Positions 1 through 9,832 of a DNA stretch of 64,000 nt are shown one piece after another; position 1 is the first letter of the stretch; every line of letters begins with the position of its first letter. The stretch is from NCBI GenBank assembly GCA_029548865.1, contig JAKPMO010000004.1, forward strand, positions 1 to 64,000. The letters are read 5' to 3'. The notes below the pieces were generated by a model. The model saw nothing but the letters and a program-made list of their open reading frames with translations. It searched no databases and had not been told where the DNA came from. Source of the DNA: Caldisericota bacterium. Lineage in GTDB: Bacteria > Caldisericota > Caldisericia > JAAYUI01. The translations under genes were made by a program, and so were the position numbers.

Positions 1-1
1 A

Positions 2-1543
2 CTCCTGCCGGGTGATGAAATATACATCCAGATGAATGACCAGACGCTCCCAACCTCCATCGCTGCCCTCTATGTGACAGTAAATGGCATCAATCCAACA
101 CAGGATGTCCTCATCGATGGCAAGAGGATAAAGATAAAGGTCCCAACCGGAATAGCCGCTGGACAGCAGGTAACGGTCTCGCTTGAGGCCTCGGCTGGAA
201 TCAAGAACCCAGGAAACCCGGGAACTGACTATAGGCTCTCTGTATTCACAAGCAAGGAGCCGTATCCTGTAAATTCTGATCCATTCACCATTGAAAGCTC
301 GATTGTTGTTGAGCACACTATAGACCCGCCGGCACCAAATGGTGAAAGGGGCTGGTATACTGTTGCTCCGACAATCACACTCAAGATGAATGGCACTGGG
401 ATGATCACTTACAGATTTGAAGGTGATCCTGCCACGACAGAGAACCCGTACACACTCCCGTTCAAAATCCAGAAGACTGGCCAGGTTGTGATCTACTACA
501 AGGGCAAATCTTCATCGGGAGTCGTCTCAGCCGAAAAGACAATTGTAATCAAGTACGATCCGGAAGCACCGGTAATAAGAATTGTCCAGCCAGCTGAAAA
601 CGGAACTGACTGCATCAAGGTAAAAGATGGTGGAATTACAATCGTTGGTCAGGTAACTGACATCAACGATGTCGAGTTCTCCATAAACGGGCAGGTTGTT
701 CCTGTCAGGAACGGCTCGTTCAGCATGACAGTCCAGCTTGCTCCAGGACAGAACATCTACACAATGGTTGCCAAAGACTTTGCCGGCAACCAGTCAACAA
801 AGAGGTTCTGCGTAGAGCTGAAGAACAAGCCACCGGTTGTTGTCTTTGACGAGCCCTCGTTCATGGCCAGGGTGACTGCAATCGAGTTCCCGGAAATCTC
901 TCCAAACGTCCACCAGCTCAGAATGAAGCTCAGAGTAAAAGGAACCACCGAGCCTGGCATATCCCAGATAACGATCACCCCGATAACGGTCCCTGGCAAC
1001 ATACAGTCAGTGAAGGTCAATCCGGATGGCAGATTCGACCAGGAACTCATATTTGATGCTGTGGCTGGCGTAAACGAACTCAATGCCGAGTTGTCGGATT
1101 CGCTCGGGAACAAAGCAACCCAGAAGCTCATGCCGGTCCTTGCTGTTGACTTCAAGCTCCAGTCAGGAAATACCACCTCCGACCTGAATGGAATACCTGT
1201 GACTCTTCAGTCGGCGCCATATATAATCAAGGGAAGAACCATGATTCCGTTCAGGATCATGGCAGAGTCAATGGGTGCAAAAGTCGGATATGAAACCAAT
1301 CCGACAACAAAGGCCGTAACACTTGTTACGTTTGAACTTGGTTCAACAAAAATCGTTCTTTACATAGGCAAGAACACTGCTACCGTTACAGTTGCAGGGC
1401 AGTCCAGAGCAGTCAAACTTGATGCGCCTCCTGTTATCAAAAACGGTGTTACAATGGTGCCATTCAGGTTTGTTGCTGAAAACTTTGGCGCCAAGGTAAG
1501 CTGGGATGGTGTCACAAAGACTGCCAGAATGGTATATCCATGA
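2..1543 (+). CDS. Surface protein with Ig-like domains and C-terminal copper amine oxidase N-terminal-like (stalk) domain; 5'-partial
   Basis: Frame open from position 2; Ig-like beta-rich segments; C-terminal 'APYIIKGRTMIPFRIMAESMGAKV...PPVIKNGVTMVPFRFVAENFGAKVSWD'. Confidence 0.85.
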   Translation, partial: LLPGDEIYIQMNDQTLPTSIAALYVTVNGINPTQDVLIDGKRIKIKVPTGIAAGQQVTVSLEASAGIKNPGNPGTDYRLSVFTSKEPYPVNSDPFTIESSIVVEHTIDPPAPNGERGWYTVAPTITLKMNGTGMITYRFEGDPATTENPYTLPFKIQKTGQVVIYYKGKSSSGVVSAEKTIVIKYDPEAPVIRIVQPAENGTDCIKVKDGGITIVGQVTDINDVEFSINGQVVPVRNGSFSMTVQLAPGQNIYTMVAKDFAGNQSTKRFCVELKNKPPVVVFDEPSFMARVTAIEFPEISPNVHQLRMKLRVKGTTEPGISQITITPITVPGNIQSVKVNPDGRFDQELIFDAVAGVNELNAELSDSLGNKATQKLMPVLAVDFKLQSGNTTSDLNGIPVTLQSAPYIIKGRTMIPFRIMAESMGAKVGYETNPTTKAVTLVTFELGSTKIVLYIGKNTATVTVAGQSRAVKLDAPPVIKNGVTMVPFRFVAENFGAKVSWDGVTKTARMVYP

Positions 1544-1559
1544 TAAGGAGGACGATACG

Positions 1560-2999
1560 TTGAAAGACCTTGTTGAAAGGGCATTAAAAAAAGCCCGCCT
1601 TGAAGGGGCCTCTTATGGCGACATCAGGCTGATAACTGAAACCAGCGAACATGTCAGCGCAAAAGACGGAGTCATAAAGGCCATTGTTTCCGATAGTTCG
1701 GTTGGTTTTGGGATAAGGGTCATAGCTGATGGTGCTTGGGGATTTTCCTCCTCATCGACGGTGACCCCTGACGAAGTCGACAAAGTGGCCGCAGAAGCTG
1801 TTGCAATAGCAAAGGCTTCTGCCAAGGTCACGCATGACCCGGTCAAACTGGCCGAGATTGACATTCACGTTGATGATGTACCATCCGGAGTAAACGATGA
1901 CCCAAGGAAAGTACCACTTGAAAAGAAGGTTGCGCTTGCCCTTGATGCAACAAGATCAATGGAAGCTCAGGGTGTTATAGCAAGAAACGCAAGCATCCAT
2001 AATTCCTACCAGGAAAAATACTTTGGATCCACCGAAGGTGCCATGATAAGGCAGGAAAAGATTGAATCAGGGGCCGGAATGGAAGCGTATGCCTCTGATG
2101 GGAAGACTTTCGTAAAGAGGTCTTATCCACAATCTTTTGGTGGAGACTTTGCAAGGCTTGGCTGGAGTTTTGTCGAGAACATGGATCTTCCGGGAAACGG
2201 CAAAAGGATCTCGCAGGAAGTGCTTGCACTTCTGAAAGCAAAACCGTGTCCAAAAGGGAAGAAGGACATTGTCATAGACGGTGCCCAAATGGCGTTGCAA
2301 GTCCACGAGTCACTTGGTCATCCAACTGAACTGGACAGGGTTTTTGGTACTGAAGCGGGATATGCTGGCAAATCTTTCATGATGCCGGACATGCTCAACA
2401 AACTTCAATACGGTTCAAAGATTGTGAATATCACTGCTGATGCGACTATTCCCGGCGCTTTTGGCGGTTTTGCCTATGACGACGAGGGTGTGAAGGCGAA
2501 GAGAGTTTTCCTTGTAAAAGACGGGCTCTTTGTTGGCTACCTCGACTCAAGGGAAGATGCCGCAAAGCTGGGCATGAAACCCATGGGTGCCATGAGGGCG
2601 AGCAGCTGGGCCAGAATACCAATTGTGCGTATGGTTTCTGTAAACCTGGAACCTGGCAACCTCACTTTTGATCAGCTCATTGGCGGAGTCCAGGACGGCA
2701 TTTTCATGGCCACAACGCTCAGCTGGTCAATCGATGATCACAGGCTCAACTTCCAGTTCTCGGCAGAAATAGGCTGGGAAATAAAGAACGGAAAGCTTGG
2801 TGAAATGATAAGAACCCCAAGCTATACAGGAATCACACCAGAATTCTGGAACTCCTGTGATGGCATTGGCAACAGGGACCTCTGGCATGTTTGGGGTGTT
2901 CCGAACTGCGGTAAGGGTGAACCAGCCCAGATAATGCATGTTTCGCATGGAACTGCTCCAGCAAGGTTCCGTAATATAGAAGTGGGGGTGGGTTCATGA
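1560..2999 (+). CDS. tldD: TldD metalloprotease (catalytic subunit)
   Basis: HESLGH zinc motif, YDDEG, C-terminal CGKG; TTG at 1560 follows AAGGAGG (ORF track starts at 1506). Confidence 0.88.
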   Translation: MKDLVERALKKARLEGASYGDIRLITETSEHVSAKDGVIKAIVSDSSVGFGIRVIADGAWGFSSSSTVTPDEVDKVAAEAVAIAKASAKVTHDPVKLAEIDIHVDDVPSGVNDDPRKVPLEKKVALALDATRSMEAQGVIARNASIHNSYQEKYFGSTEGAMIRQEKIESGAGMEAYASDGKTFVKRSYPQSFGGDFARLGWSFVENMDLPGNGKRISQEVLALLKAKPCPKGKKDIVIDGAQMALQVHESLGHPTELDRVFGTEAGYAGKSFMMPDMLNKLQYGSKIVNITADATIPGAFGGFAYDDEGVKAKRVFLVKDGLFVGYLDSREDAAKLGMKPMGAMRASSWARIPIVRMVSVNLEPGNLTFDQLIGGVQDGIFMATTLSWSIDDHRLNFQFSAEIGWEIKNGKLGEMIRTPSYTGITPEFWNSCDGIGNRDLWHVWGVPNCGKGEPAQIMHVSHGTAPARFRNIEVGVGS

Positions 3000-4309
3000 G
3001 AATACTGGATATTGCCAAAATGGCCCTTTCTTTTGCCAGCGGTGACCAGGTGGACGTGCTGGTACACCATAATGACTATTCACTCACCAGATTTGCAAAT
3101 TCATACATCCACCAGAACGTCAAGGAAAACAATATTGATGTCACAGTCAGGGTTGTAAGGGACAACCGTCAGGGAATCGCACAGACCAACATCGTCGACC
3201 CTGATTCCTTGAGGGATGTTGCACAAAAGGCTGGTCAGATAGCCGATCTCTCCCCAAAGAACCCTGTTGATATAAAACTTCCAAAACCAGCCGAATACAT
3301 CGAAACTGGGAAACCGGATGAAGCAACAGCGTCCTTGACTCCTGAAGTGAGGGCCGATGCTGTGGCACAGATGGTCAATTATGCCAATCCGCTTGGCCTT
3401 ACGCTTGCAGGCGCCTACTCTTCTGGCAGCGGGAGCCTTGCGATTGTCAACAGTAATGGCCTTGAAGCCTACAACGAATTTGCCGATGCCGAACTGAAGG
3501 TAACGGCAATGTCAGAAGATTCTTCAGGGGCCGCTGGTTTTTGGACCCCAAGGGTCAGTGAAATTAGCCCCCTCGATATCGTAAAAGAGGCCGCTGGCAG
3601 GGCGATAAGCAGCAAGAAACCGGCTGAAATCGAGCCTGGCGAATACGAAGTAGTCCTTTTGCACTATGCCGTTGCTGAACTCATTTCAATGATGAACTGG
3701 ACAGGCATTTCTGCCAGGGCAGCCGAAGAGGGCAGAAGTTGGCTTGCAAATAATATTGGCAAGAAGATACTTTCCGACAAGATAACCATTGTTGATGACC
3801 CGTTTGATCCAAGGTCCTCGATGAGGTCTTTTGATTTTGAGGGTTTCCCGAAATCAAAGATGGTCCTTGTCGACAAGGGTGTTCCGGTTGATGTGGTCTA
3901 TGATTCGTACTACGCAACAAAGACAGGCCACAAAAATACTGGCCATGCAATTCCAGCATCAAGTGGAGCACATCCACTGGCACTCAATGTTGTTGTCGAG
4001 GGTGGAACTTCAACTGTTGATGAAATGGTTTCAAAGATCAAAAAAGGTGTTCTGGTTTCAAGGTTCTGGTACACGAACATCATGCGTCCGCTCGAGCAGG
4101 AGTTTACCGGAATGACAAGGGATGGCCTTTTCCTGATTGAAAACGGAAAGATTGTCTCCGGACTCAAAAATATGAGAGTCACTGACTCAATAATCAGGAT
4201 CTTTGCCGGTGTTGAAGAGGTGGAGAATGTAACAAGGTACCATGATGGCATTGTTGCTCCGGCAATGAGGTCAAAGGGGATAATTTTCTCCAGCAAAACA
4301 AAATTCTAA
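2996..4309 (+). CDS. pmbA: PmbA/TldE family partner subunit
   Basis: LTRFANSYIHQN, FDFEG, TGMTRDG motifs; no HExxH; ATGA overlap with tldD. Confidence 0.85.
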   Translation: MRILDIAKMALSFASGDQVDVLVHHNDYSLTRFANSYIHQNVKENNIDVTVRVVRDNRQGIAQTNIVDPDSLRDVAQKAGQIADLSPKNPVDIKLPKPAEYIETGKPDEATASLTPEVRADAVAQMVNYANPLGLTLAGAYSSGSGSLAIVNSNGLEAYNEFADAELKVTAMSEDSSGAAGFWTPRVSEISPLDIVKEAAGRAISSKKPAEIEPGEYEVVLLHYAVAELISMMNWTGISARAAEEGRSWLANNIGKKILSDKITIVDDPFDPRSSMRSFDFEGFPKSKMVLVDKGVPVDVVYDSYYATKTGHKNTGHAIPASSGAHPLALNVVVEGGTSTVDEMVSKIKKGVLVSRFWYTNIMRPLEQEFTGMTRDGLFLIENGKIVSGLKNMRVTDSIIRIFAGVEEVENVTRYHDGIVAPAMRSKGIIFSSKTKF

Positions 4310-4326
4310 AAAATTCTGTATAAAAC

Positions 4327-4359
4327 AAAAGCCCCGTGATTTCAACCACGGGGCTTTTT
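4327..4359. terminator. Bidirectional intrinsic terminator
   Basis: aaaagccccgtg-N8-cacggggcttttt between convergent pmbA and speE. Confidence 0.9.
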
Positions 4360-4384
4360 AATTGTTTCGGTTGTTTGCTGAAAA

Positions 4385-5314
4385 TTACATGTCTATTGAT
4401 TTTGATTCGCGGGAGAATGGTTTGCTGACAGTTATTGGATCGATCTTTTTTGAAAGCAGGGCCCTGATGTCCTTTGGGAGAGAGAAAGCGTGGTTGTGGG
4501 CTTCCTGGTCGTAGAACTTCAGATCGCCGTTGATTCTCTCGGCTATAAGTTCATCGATCCTGTTATCAATTGGAGGGATTTGCTTTTTGGTTGCGGTTAT
4601 AAAGCTCCAGGGCGTATCGTAGGATTGAATGTACCCAGCGCATGATCTTGCATATGGGAATGCAGTTTGGCATGTTGTCTTGATGACAAGGTGAACTTCA
4701 TAAGTCTGGAGCCTGAGGAGTGAACCCTGTGCCGAATAGACGCCATCCGGGCCAGTCACCCTTGCCATTTCTTCATAACACTCGACAGAGAAAAGTCTCT
4801 GGGATGGACCGCCAGAATATGGTTCGGTGAGATCAGAAATTATCACATCAAATTCTTCATCTGGAGCTTTTTCCAGATAGGCCCTTGCATCTCCGTGGAT
4901 GAGCTCGACCCTTGGATCATAAAATGAGTTCTGGTGCCATTCTGGAAGGTGTGTCTTGAAGAGATCGACAGCCTGCCTGTCAATATCGCACATGACAACG
5001 CGCTCTACGGTTTTGTGTTTCAGGATTTCCCTCAGTGTTGCGCCTTCGCCACCACCAAGGATTAATATGGATTTTGGGTTCGGGTGTGAGAAAAGGGCAG
5101 GGTGAACAATGAGCTCGTGATAAACGTGCTCATCAACAACTGACGACTGAACGTCACCGTCAATGATGATCATCTTGCCAAAGTATGGCGAAATGCCTAT
5201 TTCAACATGCTGAAATGGCGTATCAACCTGGGCTATAAATCTAGTGATTGCATGATGGTGCTCTTCGCCCTTCCCGAAGTGGTCATGGAACCATATCCAG
5301 TTCTTCTCTATCAT
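4385..5314 (-). CDS. speE: Polyamine aminopropyltransferase (spermidine synthase family)
   Basis: DGDVQ..DE..YHE...HP, GGGEGATLRE, DID, DARAYL, DLTEP; GGGEG variant as in Thermus agmatine/triamine aminopropyltransferase. Confidence 0.92.
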   Translation of the reverse strand: MIEKNWIWFHDHFGKGEEHHHAITRFIAQVDTPFQHVEIGISPYFGKMIIIDGDVQSSVVDEHVYHELIVHPALFSHPNPKSILILGGGEGATLREILKHKTVERVVMCDIDRQAVDLFKTHLPEWHQNSFYDPRVELIHGDARAYLEKAPDEEFDVIISDLTEPYSGGPSQRLFSVECYEEMARVTGPDGVYSAQGSLLRLQTYEVHLVIKTTCQTAFPYARSCAGYIQSYDTPWSFITATKKQIPPIDNRIDELIAERINGDLKFYDQEAHNHAFSLPKDIRALLSKKIDPITVSKPFSRESKSIDM

Positions 5315-6648
5315 CTTTCCTCCTTATTTGCATGGGTTGCCAGAGACCGGACAACCTCTTTCATTCCCATGCCGTTTGAACCCTTGACTAGGACCCAATC
5401 ACCGCTTGATAAACGCGGTGAAATAGCATCCAGCAGGTCCCTTTTTGTTTCAAAATGCAGTGACCTGGGGCAGTTTTGGGCCAAACGTTTTGACAGATTA
5501 CCGAATAAATAGACCCCGTCAAGGCGTAGTGATGCAACAAACTCGCCAAGCTCCTGGTGCAGCTTTTCCGAATCTTCACCAAGCTGGAGCATGTCTGCCA
5601 GTATTGCAAACCTTCTCCCTGGTTTGGCAGCAAGGGAACGAAGGGTCTCTTTCATTGAAACTGGATTTGCGTTGTAGCTTTCGTCTATGATTCTCACTCC
5701 GGTAGGATTGATGATGATTGTACCCCTACCCTCGACAGGTTTGAAATCGGCGGCCACCTCAACGCACTCTTTCAGTGGGATTCCGTATTCGGTTGCCACT
5801 GCCATTGATGCAAGTGCATCATACATGAAGTGGATGGAGTCCTGGTGTGGTCTGAAGGTATATGCTTTTCCGCAACTTTTGACTGTTATCAAGCCGTCAA
5901 TCAGCCTTCCCTGAATATCAGCTTCAGGGTCAAAGCCAAATGTTACCTTCTTGCACCTTGTTTTTGATGACATTTCTTTGCATCTTGGGTCATCTGCGTT
6001 CAGGACCGCCAATCCGCCCACTGGCAATGATTCAATGAGCTGGGACTTTGATTTTGCCACGCCGTCAATGTCGCCAAGCGTTTCAAGGTGTGATGGGCCA
6101 ACGTTTGTTATGACACCAACAACTGGTCTCACTATCCTCAGAAGTTTGGGTATTTCGTCCATAAACGAACCAGAAAGCTCTGCTACGAAAATTTCAGTGT
6201 CATTTTCGAGTGCTTTCAGCGCCATCGGGAGTCCGATAGGGGTATTGCGGTTGCCCTCGTTTTTGGCCACCTGGTATCGAGCAGAAAGCATTTGGGCAGT
6301 CAGCTCCTTGGTGGTGGTTTTTCCGGCAGAACCCGTTATCCCGACTACCTGGCAATCGAACTTGTTTTTGTAGTACGAGCCAAGTGCTATCATGGCCTCT
6401 TCGGTGGATGGGACAATGACTTGCGGGATACCAACCTGGAGCGGTTTTTCGCAAACAACAAGCACTGCACCTTTTTCCTGGGCCTGCAATGCAAATTCAT
6501 GACCATCGACATTCTGGCCCTTGATGGCAAAAAACACTTCACCTGGGTTTGTTGCCCTCGAATCTATGGAGAACCCCGCCACCTCGGTGTCCCTTCCATC
6601 TAACTCCTGGCCAAAAAGACTGGCTATCTCTTTTATTGTCAGTTGCAT
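5311..6648 (-). CDS. murF: MurF ligase (divergent C-terminal motifs)
   Basis: TGSAGKTTTKE P-loop, DESYNANP, position after murE. Confidence 0.9.
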   Translation of the reverse strand: MQLTIKEIASLFGQELDGRDTEVAGFSIDSRATNPGEVFFAIKGQNVDGHEFALQAQEKGAVLVVCEKPLQVGIPQVIVPSTEEAMIALGSYYKNKFDCQVVGITGSAGKTTTKELTAQMLSARYQVAKNEGNRNTPIGLPMALKALENDTEIFVAELSGSFMDEIPKLLRIVRPVVGVITNVGPSHLETLGDIDGVAKSKSQLIESLPVGGLAVLNADDPRCKEMSSKTRCKKVTFGFDPEADIQGRLIDGLITVKSCGKAYTFRPHQDSIHFMYDALASMAVATEYGIPLKECVEVAADFKPVEGRGTIIINPTGVRIIDESYNANPVSMKETLRSLAAKPGRRFAILADMLQLGEDSEKLHQELGEFVASLRLDGVYLFGNLSKRLAQNCPRSLHFETKRDLLDAISPRLSSGDWVLVKGSNGMGMKEVVRSLATHANKEER

Positions 6649-8102
6649 TCAAAACCTCTTGCTTTCAGAGCCTTTTTGGCCTCGACCCTGTCGTCTACCT
6701 CAAACCATTGGCCCCTGATGTACATTCCATCTTCGTCCCCTCTTCCAAGTATGGCAATGAAGTCACCTTCCTGGGCCTGGTTTATGGCCCAATGGATGGC
6801 CTCCGTCCTGTCTTTGATTATTTTGTACTTCCCACCATGCTTTTCCATGAATGATGCAAATTGGTTGACTGTCGAGTCAATGTCCTCACCCTTTGCCACG
6901 CCGTAGGTGATTATTGTCAGGTCGCATGTTCTGGATGCAATCTCGGCCAGCTTTTCCCTTGCTTTTGGGTCACCCTCGCCGACGTTGTTTGTGATGATGA
7001 TCTTTCTTTTAGGATGCACTGATTCCATGTGCTCTGCAACTGTTTCAAGCGCTGCAGGTGTGTTTGCCTTGTCGATGGCAACAGTGAATGGCTGGCATTC
7101 ATCAATCCAGTTCCACCTGCCTGGAATCTCCGGCATCTGCTCGAGCAAACCAAGGAGTGGGGCTGACTGGACCCCCAACGCTTCGACAATCCCTATGGCA
7201 CAGAGCGAATTGAGCGCATTGGCAACACTTGGCACATTCAGTCTGTATGTGTGGGTTTTTCCAAAGATGCTCGCCATTACCTCTGAACCTTTCAGGGTTG
7301 GCTTGAAACTTGCAATGTGGATGTCGCCTTTTTTTGCACCAAATGTGATAACTTTCTTCCCCCCTACTTTTGACAGTGCGTCTTCGTAATGCTGGTCTTC
7401 GATGTTAAGCACTGCGACACCTTCAGGTTTTAAAAGGTCAAGTGAATCGATTTTTATTTTGACGTAGTTTTCATGTGTGCCGTGAAGGAAGGCATGGTGG
7501 CAGTGGGTTATGTTTCCAATGCCGATGGCATCGAATTCAAGGCCGATGACCCTTCCGCATTCGAGCCCAAAACTTGAAAGCTCCAGCACGGCATATTTTG
7601 AGCCAGCCCCCTTCATTTCGGAGAGGTATTCATCGATGACTGTTGGGTAAGGGGTTGTTGTCGGATTGCTTATGTCCGGCTGTATTCTGCCAGTTGGGAG
7701 ATAATGACCTGCAGTTCCCACCAGGCCAACTTTTGGGTCGACCCCCCTGAGGAGCTGTGCAATCATGTGTGTGGTGGTTGTCTTGCCATTGGTTGCTGTC
7801 ACGCCGCAAAGCTTCAGGCTCCTGGATGGATAGCCGTAGAAAGCGTGTGAAAGATTTGCCAGAGCTGTTTTTGTATCTAGAACTACAATCCTGTTTATGC
7901 CGGCCTCTTCGGAAACTGCAACCTCAGAACCGGCCCCGATTGCTTTGTCGATAAATTTGTGGCCGTCAGTATGGGAGCCCCTGAGGGCGACAAAAACTTT
8001 TCCCTTGCCAGCTTTCCTTGAATCAAAAACAATCTCTGAAACTTCAAAATCTGGCCCACCATATTCGAGGCCAGCTTTTTCAAAAAGTTCCCTTGCTCTC
8101 AT
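6639..8102 (-). CDS. murE: MurE-family ligase with atypical specificity motifs
   Basis: DSRK, DGHKFI, TATNGKTTT, TTP, ELSS, PGR; ATG at 8102 after AAGGAG (ORF track starts at 8165); lies between ftsI and murF. Confidence 0.82.
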   Translation of the reverse strand: MRARELFEKAGLEYGGPDFEVSEIVFDSRKAGKGKVFVALRGSHTDGHKFIDKAIGAGSEVAVSEEAGINRIVVLDTKTALANLSHAFYGYPSRSLKLCGVTATNGKTTTTHMIAQLLRGVDPKVGLVGTAGHYLPTGRIQPDISNPTTTPYPTVIDEYLSEMKGAGSKYAVLELSSFGLECGRVIGLEFDAIGIGNITHCHHAFLHGTHENYVKIKIDSLDLLKPEGVAVLNIEDQHYEDALSKVGGKKVITFGAKKGDIHIASFKPTLKGSEVMASIFGKTHTYRLNVPSVANALNSLCAIGIVEALGVQSAPLLGLLEQMPEIPGRWNWIDECQPFTVAIDKANTPAALETVAEHMESVHPKRKIIITNNVGEGDPKAREKLAEIASRTCDLTIITYGVAKGEDIDSTVNQFASFMEKHGGKYKIIKDRTEAIHWAINQAQEGDFIAILGRGDEDGMYIRGQWFEVDDRVEAKKALKARGFECN

Positions 8103-9832
8103 TTTATCTCCTTGGGTGCGATCCTGAGGTCTGAAAGTATACGTTCTGCTATTCTCTTGAAACATGGAGCGGCAGTTGTCGAGCCAAAAGGGTTTATCCT
8201 TCCGCCACTTGCAGTTGTTTTATACGGTTCGTCAATTGCGACAAGGACAACAAATTTTTGTGGTGCGAGTGGATCAGAAGGTACTATGCCACAAAAGCTG
8301 CAATCAAACTTGCTGAACTGGTAGTCTCCGCTTGCCGTTGTTTTTGGGGTGGTACCCGTTTTGCCTGCCACAGAATATCCGGAGATTTTGGCCTGGTGGA
8401 CGCCGTCCTCTTTCATGTCAACGACTTCGGTGAGAAGTCTGAGGACGTGGTCCGCAGTCTTTTTTGATACGACCTGCCTGATTGGTTGCGGGGCGTTCCT
8501 CTCGAAAGTGCCTTTGTTGGGGTCATATATTTGCTGGACCAGTATCGGTTTCATGAGGACTCCGCCATTTGCCAGTGCAGAGTATGCCTGCGCCAGCTGG
8601 AGCGGGGTGACACTGACTCCCTGTCCGTATGAGACAGTTGCTATCGTGACGTCGTCCCAGGAGCGGGAATTCTTGACGAGGCCGGACTCCTCGTGAGCCC
8701 CGGTACCAGTTTTTTTCCCAAAGCCAAAATCATTGACGAACCTGCACAGATCTTTGCCAATGAGCTGGCCTATCTTCATGAAGGCCATGTTGCAGGAATT
8801 TTTGAGCTCTTCTGCAAGTTTTTCCTGATGGCCATGCCTGTTGTTACAGAAGAGCCGATAACCCTTGAAAACTGTTCGACCGGCGCAATCGGCCGTGAAA
8901 TTGTCATCTATCTTGCCCAGTTCAAGGGCCGCCGCAGTGACTATGCCCTTGAATACCGATCCTGGCTCGTAGACATAGTTGAGTGCGCGGTTTCTTCTCT
9001 GATTGTCGTTTGAGTTGAGCGCATCATTCAGATTGTATGTGGGATATGATACGCAAGCAATAATCTCGCCTGTTTGGGGATTCATTACGACACATGCGCC
9101 ACCCTTTGCGTTCCACTCTTTGCAGGTACGCTCCAATTCCTCTTCAACAACGAACTGGATTGTGTTGTCTATGGTCAGATAGAGCGATTTTCCGTTGATG
9201 ACTGGTTTTAAGACTTTATAGGTCCTTCCTGCTATGCCTTTGGAGTCCATCGGGTATGTCCTGAGACCGCTCTCTCCCGAGAGTTCTTTGTCAAAATCGA
9301 TTTCGAGTCCGTATTTTCCGTGATTATCATTGCCTGTAAATCCGATTAGTGGAGATGCAAGGTTTTGTTGGGGATATGACCTTACAAATCTTGTTTCAAG
9401 CCATATTCCCTTGAACCCAAATGATCTTATCTTGTCAGCAATTTTCGAGTCCAGGTTCTTCTTTATTATGGTGTAGCTTTTGGTGCCGCCAATTCCCTTG
9501 AGTCTATCCTGGACTATTTTTGGTTCCATTCCTATGACACTTGATATTGCCTCGCCCATACCGTCCGGGTTCGATATTTTCTCAGGCTCACAGACAAGGT
9601 CGTATGTTATGGAATTTGTGACCAGCCGGATGCCGTTCCTGTCGAAGATTTCGCCCCTTGTGGCTGGTATTTCCTCGTTGGGTTTGCGATATTGCTGTTT
9701 GGCCCTCTGGTTGAATTCGTTTGCATTTATAAACTGGACAATAAAAAGTTTTGCAAAAAGTGTTCCAAAAAGTGCAACACACAAAAAAAGCATAAAACCA
9801 AGCCTGAAGGTGTTTGGCCTGAACTGCTTCAT
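8099..9832 (-). CDS. ftsI: Class B penicillin-binding protein (FtsI/SpoVD-like)
   Basis: N-terminal TM, RGEIFDRNG, SxxK (SVFK), SxN (SCN), KTG. Confidence 0.9.
   Translation of the reverse strand: MKQFRPNTFRLGFMLFLCVALFGTLFAKLFIVQFINANEFNQRAKQQYRKPNEEIPATRGEIFDRNGIRLVTNSITYDLVCEPEKISNPDGMGEAISSVIGMEPKIVQDRLKGIGGTKSYTIIKKNLDSKIADKIRSFGFKGIWLETRFVRSYPQQNLASPLIGFTGNDNHGKYGLEIDFDKELSGESGLRTYPMDSKGIAGRTYKVLKPVINGKSLYLTIDNTIQFVVEEELERTCKEWNAKGGACVVMNPQTGEIIACVSYPTYNLNDALNSNDNQRRNRALNYVYEPGSVFKGIVTAAALELGKIDDNFTADCAGRTVFKGYRLFCNNRHGHQEKLAEELKNSCNMAFMKIGQLIGKDLCRFVNDFGFGKKTGTGAHEESGLVKNSRSWDDVTIATVSYGQGVSVTPLQLAQAYSALANGGVLMKPILVQQIYDPNKGTFERNAPQPIRQVVSKKTADHVLRLLTEVVDMKEDGVHQAKISGYSVAGKTGTTPKTTASGDYQFSKFDCSFCGIVPSDPLAPQKFVVLVAIDEPYKTTASGGRINPFGSTTAAPCFKRIAERILSDLRIAPKEIK

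Noticed and set aside
8103..8165. Upstream extensions in the ORF track (murE; also tldD, pfk, TlpA, korC, rpsO, nadE, CBS)
   Set aside because: Downstream starts have better SDs or coupling and typical lengths
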